NCBI GenBank assembly: GCA_047495785.1
Contig: JBLDXI010000009.1
Location: 1,922,001-1,986,000, forward strand
Reading direction: 5' to 3'
Origin: Lepidodermella squamata
Taxonomy: Eukaryota > Animalia > Gastrotricha
DNA: 64,000 bases
The notes under the pieces are model-generated. The model saw only the letters and a program-made list of their open reading frames with translations. It ran no database searches and was not told the DNA's origin. Shown in pieces: positions 55,861 through 64,000 of the stretch. Each line of letters starts with the position of its first letter. Position 1 is the stretch's first letter. A program made the position numbers and the translations under genes.

Positions 55861-58646
55861 CTAGTGTTGATAACTGCCATTGTAGCGACCATTGGAAGTG
55901 TTTGCTGTCAGCTGGGAAGGCGAGAGTGAAAAAACCCGATTGTATGGGACATGCAGACTATGCCCATTCTGAACCTTGTCACCGGTACTGTCAAATGGAA
56001 AGGACAGATCGGGCGTTCGATAATTAGAGGGTTCGGGAGCTGCAGGAAGTACGGATTTTGATGGCTGCACTACCCCATGGCGCGGAAGATAATAGATTTT
56101 CGAAGTTCTTTCAACCATTTCGCCGGGCTGAATAAAAAAGTACACGTTAAAAAGACGATTATCATCGAATTGTGAATGTTTTTCATCAAAATAACATTAA
56201 CAAAAGACTCACATAACGCTCTTTCCTCCGATACGCCTCTTCCATCATCTTGTCCTGCCGTCGATCAAGACACCAAATCGTGCAAGAAAGAGGAATCTAC
56301 AAAAATCGCAAATGATAAAGGAGAGATGAACTAGCAAAGCGTAGTAACTCACCCAAACTATCAAGGCTAGCACGATAGTAACTCCAACAATGTTGTCACG
56401 CATAAATCTAGCTAAATTACTCGTGTTGACTTCGGTAAGATAGGACCAGAACTTTTCAACCGTGTTCATCACTGTCTTCTTACAAACACCTAGCGAACAC
56501 ACACCGTACGGGCAAGGTCGACCGTTAGCGAGAATGCGAGGCTTGCCATCTTCCAGCAAAAGCGGCTGGCACGTGTCATTTACGAAACAGCAGTAGGTAC
56601 AAGCCTGCTCAAGTTGGTCACACATGCAAGTCCGATAGCCATAGGTCTCGCAAAACGGAATACAAGTCCCGTTTCGACACCGCCCATTGTCAGCGCATGG
56701 CCGGTCGGATAATACTTCGCGAGCACCGCATTCAGCCGAAGTGCCGTTGCAATAGGCTCGGCCGAGGCAGGTCGTAGCTTGAGCCAGTTCACCGTCATGC
56801 CAACAAAGCGTTGTCGAAGAAGCAGGTTTGCATTTTCTGCAGCATATTTCATTCGAGTCCGAACAAAGGGCAGTTTGCCTGAGCGTGCAATCAGCAGTAC
56901 AGCATTCATCCTCGTCGCGAAGACCCGATGGGCCAGCGTCGCACTGTTCTCCACCCTCCACAAAACCATTGCCGCACAAGGCTCGAGGTCGTGGTCGAAA
57001 GCAGGTTGAAGACTTCGCGCGAATCACCTCCCCGATAGAATTAAGGCTGCACGGCGAGAAGTGCCAGTTATTCGGCTCGTAGCCAGGCACGGAATACATC
57101 CACATTATGTATTTTCCACCAAAGTTCGATGAAGGTGCACACTCTTTGGTGTCAAGATCGTGCGGGCTGCCCATATTGTGACCCAACTCGTGGGCCAAGA
57201 CCAACACGGCTTGCTGACTAGGGACCAGAGAACCATCGGCAAACATAGTCGAGGACCATCCGGTATTGACAAAAAAACTGCCAGCCGATGAACAGACCCC
57301 GCCAACCTTATACGGGTCTGCATTCGCGAGATAAGCCAATCCAAGGACACCACCCTAAAATAACACACTGATGAAATTTGAAATTCGGTAAACACAGAAA
57401 TGCCTACCTCAAACGGTCGATGAGTGAATAGGTGAGATAGGCAGCAACCAGCGTGATTGCCAGTTCGGCTGAATGACTCGAGTAGAACACCCTGGTCCCA
57501 GACGGCTTGTTCCGAGTTATAATGGCGACGACCAGGATTTTCCGTCGACTGGGTAGGCTCAGCGTGAACTTCAATGCGTTTAATCGTGAAACCATAATTC
57601 GATAATTTATCACCTGTCGTACGGCCAAACGATTCTTTTCTGTAGATATTATTGACCTGAGAGACCAGGTAGATCATATAGCTCGTCGCCGCCGTTTCAT
57701 CACTGTGCGCGACTTGGTTGAAAAAAGTGTAGTCAGCTACAAGGCACAACTCGCAACTATCCCGTTCACTGGTGGCTTGATCATAGCCGGTCGCATATGC
57801 CCGAACCGGGGCGGTTTCAGGTGGTGATGACGTGCTAGTTGGCACAGTAGTTTCCTCATTCGGAGCAGAACGCTTCGCCATTTGTCGAAGCTGTTCGTAA
57901 AACGGAATGGGCGGTGTATCTGTCCGATTTTCAGCTCCGCAAAAAGATTGGCTGAAATGGTGAAATCATTCGAATAAGTTGCACAAAATTCGTTGAAAAA
58001 CGAACTTATTAGGCAATCTGAGATCAGAAGACCTATAAATTATGTATTGCGGGTGCGAGGTAGGTTGAGCGGATTCACCACTTGACAATCGACTTAATGG
58101 CTGAAAAAAGTTAAATTTAGCCAACTCGATAATCGAATTTCTCAGAAATGTTACTTCAATTGAAAATGTTTCATCGCCAGTTCGAATTGATAACATAGCC
58201 GATCCTTGCTCGTCGATGTAGCCGAAGACGTCGGAAGTTGGGTCGTCCTCAAGTACGCCACGGTAGAAATGATCCAGTCTCAATTTCGAAGGATGGCGTT
58301 GTCCGTCGCCACTCACTGACACAACTTCAAAACCTCCAGCCAACAGCTGATGGCTGAGCTCAACACCACTAACTTCAAGCCGGACAGGTAACGTTCGGTT
58401 GAACGCTGTGATGCTGAAAATGCGATGAGAAAAATGCTCGGGTAGATTGAAGTCGGGATCGAGATTCGTTATTTGCCGCTTATTTCGAGGCTTTTGAACT
58501 TTCAGAGCGTTAACAAGTGACCTTGCTTCGTTATCACCAATCAGGTCATACTGCCTCAAACCCGTAATCGATTGCTTAAGACTGAGGCATAGCGCAAATC
58601 CAAGAAACAGCTCGAATATCAATAGAGCTGCCTTTCCCGGCGGCAT
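55861..58646 (-). CDS. ADAM17: ADAM17/TACE metalloprotease-disintegrin
   Basis: Signal peptide, prodomain with FCG Cys switch, AKR cleavage site, intact HELGHNMGSPHD, Met-turn YIMW, disintegrin and membrane-proximal domains, FMRDNIVG preceding the TM. Confidence 0.92.
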
Positions 58647-58909
58647 TTTTAAAGAAAAAAAACCTAGTAAAAATTGCGAAATATGAGTTAAATCGAGACT
58701 CGCCACCAGTCATAAGCGATTCTTAATTCGATATGAATCAGCAGAATTTCAAAAATCCTGGCCCCCTTTTCATGCACAACTTGAAAGCGTAAGTAATACA
58801 ATAATATAATAGTTATAAGATTGCCGTAAAATCGTCGAAATCACAAAAGCCGTGGGAATATTGCAAGACAATTATAGTTTAGTTCATATATAGCAAAATT
58901 AGGCTCTTT

Positions 58910-61889
58910 TCAGCGAGACGGAACCGCGCCTTGGCTAAGCAGTCCTTTGGCCAATAGTTCACCAAGAGTTGCAAACATATCTGGAACTTTGGCTAGCTCT
59001 TGAACGCTTGTTGAAGGCGCCCGTCGCATTTCGTCAAATAATCGAATTTGTTCGAGAATTTCCCTAATATACAGCGAATGAAATACGTTTCATATAAATT
59101 TTTCATCCAGAAAATACTTTTGTTCTTTGCTGCATTTAGGGCAGCAATCCGGGTCGCCGTAATCCAGACAATTCGAGTGATAGGAGTGTTGACACATAAA
59201 ATGAACAGTTGGAAGCTCTAATTTGAAGTTACAGCTGCGGCAACGAGTTTCTTGGAACGACAGGGCACTAAAAACAAACAATGAATTAACACGAATTTGT
59301 TCACGGTCAATATATACTTGTCGCGGATTTTGTCCAATTTTTCACGAATTTCCACTGCCTCGATCCGAGTTTTCGCCGTAATTTCCGCATTCTTATCAGC
59401 GTCATCGTTAACCTGGGTCAGTTCGTTCAATAAATAATCGCGAATATGCTCGAAAGGCACTTCAAAGGGCTCTCCACCAATATTCGAGCTGCTGGCACGG
59501 CACAACGCATCGATAACTTCAGGAACTAATACGTTCTGACTGGCATTTTGGCTTTGAACGCCATCTGTTGAATCAATCAAAGCAGAAGCCCTCTCACCGC
59601 GCTGAATCAGCCCCGTGACCACTCTAGGCACTAGATTGAGCGCCTCTTGCGAACCGCCAAGTTGACTCAACAATTTCAGCCTCATGCTTTGATCGTCAAC
59701 TCGATCGACAACATCGACCATTTTCGTCAACTGACCGCGGTCATGTAAATGGCTGATCAACTGCGTTGTGTGCCCCAATTGTTCGAGAACGAATTCGACT
59801 CCAGGCATGAATTTGTATGAATCAAACACCAATAGCAGTGATTGCAATTCATTCACTCGATCTGGGCTCGGCGAGGCCGCAACCTTGTCAAACCGCGACC
59901 TCAGAACAGCCAAAATTTTCGCTTCAAATCGTGTCCTAGCGCTATCGTTGGAAGAAGTCCATTGCTGGACATAGACATCGATCAAGGCATTGTATACAGC
60001 TGGGTGGGTAGCAGAAGGATCGGAAGAGCGATCCAAGATAGATTCCAGAAAATTCATCAAAGGACCAGGCCGACCGGCAAAAAGTTGGAAAGATGGTCCA
60101 GATAACGAGCTATTTGGTTTCGCATCAAAAGAAAACACTCCCGCTGCAGCTGAACGGGGCGTTTCATCAGCCCTTAACGATAGCAAGTGCTTCAACAAAT
60201 TAGTTGTTCGTTCAGGGGCATGAGACATAAATTTTTGCCCATATCGATCTGAGAAAATAAAAAACCAGTTGCGATCTATAGAAAAATGGGGTACGTACGG
60301 ATAGCCCAATTCGTCGAAGCTGGGTCTAGATTTTCAACATAATCCAGGGCGGCTTCGATCGCTCCTTGATCTTCGACCATGATTGAAACCACCTGTTGAT
60401 GTTGGTGACTAGTTTTGGCCAGTCCGAGAGCAATATCGTGATAATGAGCAGTCCGAAGCACTCGAACCGCGACATCCGCATCAAACGCAATGTCGTTCTC
60501 ATTTTTAGCCAAGAAAGCACGCAGTTTCGCTTCGTCTTTCATTTTAATGTAACAATTCAGCAGTAGCGACGTATGATGAGCTGTTGCCTTTTTCAGCTGA
60601 TGAACTCCTTCCAGATAGCAGGCAAGAGCACCGGGTGGAGCAGCGCCCGATAAAAGTTGACGAATCACGTAAGACGACTCCAAGCCACCGATAGTTTGAC
60701 GATACTGCTCAGCTGCGGCCATAAAATCACCCTTGCTGAACAGATGGTCACCGTAATGTTTGAAAATTTTGACCAATCCACTGTCTCCGTAGCGCTGCGA
60801 CTTTGCCAATTTAATTGCTAGTTCATACTGGTTCTTCTTGAACAGCAAATCCAACTTCGATTGCAGGTCTTTTTCGACCAGTCGGAATAAGACTCCATCC
60901 TGGGTAAAAACGTAAACTGCGCCGAACTCAGCTACAATTGCAGTCAAATTTCGGAAAGATCCAGTAAAGCCAATGAATTTATTGATCGGGTCGTAAACTG
61001 TCAATACATTTTGACGAGCGGAGTCGTCACGATTAGCTTGTTTGGTGTCCTGAGTTGCGACAAATAAATAATCGAGCTGCCAATTGACCATGGATTTGAT
61101 TCCTTCTTGACTGGTAATACAGGTCGATCCCATTCCATCTGGACCGTAAAAACGGACGCCGTCGGCGCAAATTACCGCAACATGCTGCTCAGGATTAACC
61201 ATTTGAACGGCGCAAAGCTGATTGGATTGAGTAACGCCGGCTGCAGGTTCCGAATAAACTTTCCGCTCCTTAGACACTATGCTATAAGCATGTAATTGAG
61301 TTGGCGTTGTGATGTAGAGGAAAACGTCTTTAGCTTGCGGTGAAAATACGAGACCGGTTATTTCTTCTTTCAAATCACACAGAATACGCTGATTGCTGTG
61401 CCGACCACGGGCAATATCTTTGTGGTAAAGGTAGACCTTCCCACACTTAAATCCAACTGCCATGTAATTAAGGTTCTCATGAGCAGCAATACAAGAGAAA
61501 TCAGGTAATTCTAATTTGAGCGTGCGAGTCAAAGTTGGATTTATGCCAACCTCGATCTTTTCATAGTTCCATATTTTAAGCAAAGGTAGACCAGCAGCTT
61601 CGTCTTTTCCAACGGCTAATACATAGCTGTGCTTCCTCAGCCCAGTTAAATAAAGCGCTGATGATTGAAAAGCTGGCACTATTGACAAGTCGACGAATTG
61701 ACGAGATACAAAATGGAGAAATCCAGGTTGAGTGCCAAAAACTAAAGTTCCTCTTCCGCCAACAACCCCAAAAAGCTTGAAATTACGCAATTGGGAAACA
61801 ATTGAATCGGCAAGCTGCTGCTGGTTGTCAATTCGTTCTTGCTCGAAAAACATAAATCTTCGCCACTGGAATGGCACTTGCCCTGCCAT
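58910..61889 (-). CDS. VPS11: Vacuolar protein sorting 11 (HOPS/CORVET core)
   Basis: QWRRFMFF N-terminus, LVEKDLQSKLDLLFKKNQY, YGDHLFSKGDF..A.EQY..TIG.LESSYVI, RING C..C..LELPTVHFMCQHSYH..C. Confidence 0.95.
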
Positions 61890-62164
61890 TTTAATGCCGA
61901 TTAATACCTCTATAAAAACAATCAATCACAGATCACGAAATGATCATTCCTAAATATCCCGCAAAAAATTAAACAGAAACGCAAAAATATTAAATATCAG
62001 TAGCGCATGATCTGTAGGAGAATGATCTGATGTTTTCAAAACAGACTAGAAAATTGAAACATTTCTGCGTGGAAAATGGTTGGAAGTCTGGCACGCATCT
62101 CCTGCAGATAATTCTTTTCCAGACCACGGTTTACTAATGCGTTTGAAATTACGTGTGTATCAAA

Positions 62165-62940
62165 TCAACAATACTGAGATTTCAAGCCCCGGAGCCGTTG
62201 AATAGAGACTTTTACGGAACGAGGAATCAAAGATTGCGGGAAAGTCGCAGCTATTTTAACAGACGTCGCCTCCGATAATAATTCAGGCTTGTGGGGAGAG
62301 CCATCTGGAGCAAAGTTTTCCTCCCTGAATGCGGTTTTCATCGCTGATCGCACATTCGCCAAGTGCTCTTCTGTAACACAATGATTCTCTGTCATTCCAT
62401 GAGTCATCGTGCAACACGCCTAGAGAAACCAGCGTATATTTCAATGACACCTCTCAAAACGAATCTTACGAGGCAAAAGTTGCCATGAAGTATGAAGTCA
62501 GTGGTTTGAAGAGTTTTCAAAAAGCTTTTATGCTTCACACCAGACAAGTGTGACTCCAATTGGCTAGACGAGTTACACACTGTGTCACAAAACTACGGAA
62601 GAAAATTGAACCATTAGTCCCAAAGCAGAATGTTTACCTTGCAGAAAAGGGATGCCGATAAATCTGAGGGGCTAATTTTCAAGGAATTCTCGAAGCAATA
62701 CTCGGAAACTTCTTTCTTAGCGCGTTCTGTATGTTGAAATTTCAAGTTCTCCATATGCCACAGCGAAACAAGATGTCGATCGATTTCCTGTCAGAATCCT
62801 TTTAGAACGAATTTAAAACTTTTTAAATTATATGAACATGCCTCTTCGGTAAGGCTTAGGTATGCACAAGCATTGCAACTAAAAAATTCGCTCTTCAGGC
62901 CTTGCAAGTATCCTGTGTAAGTCCCCTTATTCGATCGCAT
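62165..62940 (-). CDS. Small protein with three U1/matrin-type C2H2 zinc fingers (start uncertain)
   Basis: Splicing gives FSCNACAYLSLTEE|EIDRHLVSLWH (GC-AG intron 62841-62788), LFCK|FCDTVCNSSSQLESHLSGVKH and FCL|ACCTMTHGMTENHCVTEEH. Confidence 0.72.
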
Positions 62941-63582
62941 GACAAGTGCTGCTCCGGTCAACACTGTAGCTTGAAAAATGTAAGTCAATTCTAAATGCAA
63001 CACATAACTCCACTGCTAGGTACACCTCTTCATTGCGAGTTGTGGGGATGAGAGGGCCCGTCCGAACCGAAGACTAGTGAGTAGTGAGTGTAAAAGATCA
63101 GCATCTGAAATTACAACGACCGGGGCGCCGTAGCCCTCTGCTAGATGATGGCTAAAAAGTTGCCACACGATGACCAAGATTTCAACACGTAGGATTCTAT
63201 TATTTTCGAAATATTCGATTGTCAACAAGCCGAAGGTCTTTGGCGTTGGTAACAGTTGCAAGGCAAATGGACACTACTAGACATTTGATAAAATAACAAT
63301 AAATGAGGCAACTTTTTCGGAAACTCGCAAAAGCAGGAAAAAATGTTGGCCGTCTGCAACATATGTTTGTATGGGTTTGGTTAAAGCCATGGGAAGGAAC
63401 CAAAAAACGCCCTGAAGAGACCGGTGCGGAAAGCTCCCGGGAAGGTTAGATTCCGGTCCGCGGGGACCTCCGTCCCCGCGCGCGGCCCGCCAAAAGAATG
63501 GATTTGGTTTTGAACTCTAAACTTTATTTAGCTGTGCTAAAATGTATTCAAAATCATATATAGTTTTAATGCAAACTTTAAC

Positions 63583-63596
63583 GTTACCATAGCAAT
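63583..63596. promoter_or_regulatory. RFX X-box motif
   Basis: GTTACCATAGCAAT, near-consensus X-box in the intergenic region; target gene not determined. Confidence 0.5.
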
Positions 63597-64000
63597 TAAT
63601 GAAGCCACAATGCTTCCTTGTCTGCTACTTGCGTCTGCGTTAACGTAGGTTTCCCGCTACTCACAGTCTCTGAAGACCCTTGAATAGACTGAAAGAGTAA
63701 TCCGATTCATAGTCATGAATAGAGTTATATAGTAATGGGGCGTCATGAATTAAAACGTCTGCTCACTTTTAATCCGTGATATAGGCAACGGCGGCTAGAA
63801 TCGCCAAATGTTAGCAAACAGGAATCTTGCAGAGAATAAATTGTCGTTGTGACCTTTTCTTATTTCTCTTGCATTTCTTCGTCCAGAAATTTATTATTTG
63901 TGTCTTTCCACCATTTCTTGAGATGTTATCAATGGACCAGCTGCAGTGATGGTGTAACTTGGTTAAAGAGCATAAATGGCCATCAAACGCAAAGGTGATG

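Noticed and set aside
63408-63460. Hammerhead ribozyme (CTGAAGA followed by a stem) or telomerase template (CTAACCT)
   Set aside because: No GAAA after stem II and no stem I/III; the template-like match is only 7 nt with no pseudoknot.

Overview
Gene-dense eukaryotic (bilaterian invertebrate) genomic DNA with mostly ~45-60-nt introns. I can support about 16 protein-coding genes: TBL2 (partial), Rabaptin-5/FYVE, NDUFS8, RILP-like, SPSB3, CFAP97D-like, a GPATCH8-like RS/Q-rich protein, a probable neuropeptide precursor, a long classical cadherin, SKOR, a MAM-pseudoastacin-EGF receptor, a GPx7/8-like pseudo-peroxidase, an SLC29 transporter, TERB2 (recognisable only after manual splicing), ADAM17, VPS11, plus a U1/matrin-type zinc-finger gene. 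Repeats are a near-perfect 145-bp-arm foldback element and an inverted pair of ~640-bp transposon-like fragments. Main observations: (1) operon-like spacing with unpaired 3' splice acceptors just before start codons, suggesting polycistronic transcription and SL trans-splicing; (2) the RS-protein gene has kilobase introns rich in sense-strand consensus 5' splice sites, a candidate poison exon, and no recognisable G-patch/Zn-finger N-terminus; (3) candidate hidden cassette/microexons in cadherin introns; (4) two adjacent pseudo-enzymes; (5) a GC-rich structured island ahead of the zinc-finger gene. All gene models were spliced by eye and family calls come from remembered motifs, not database searches.
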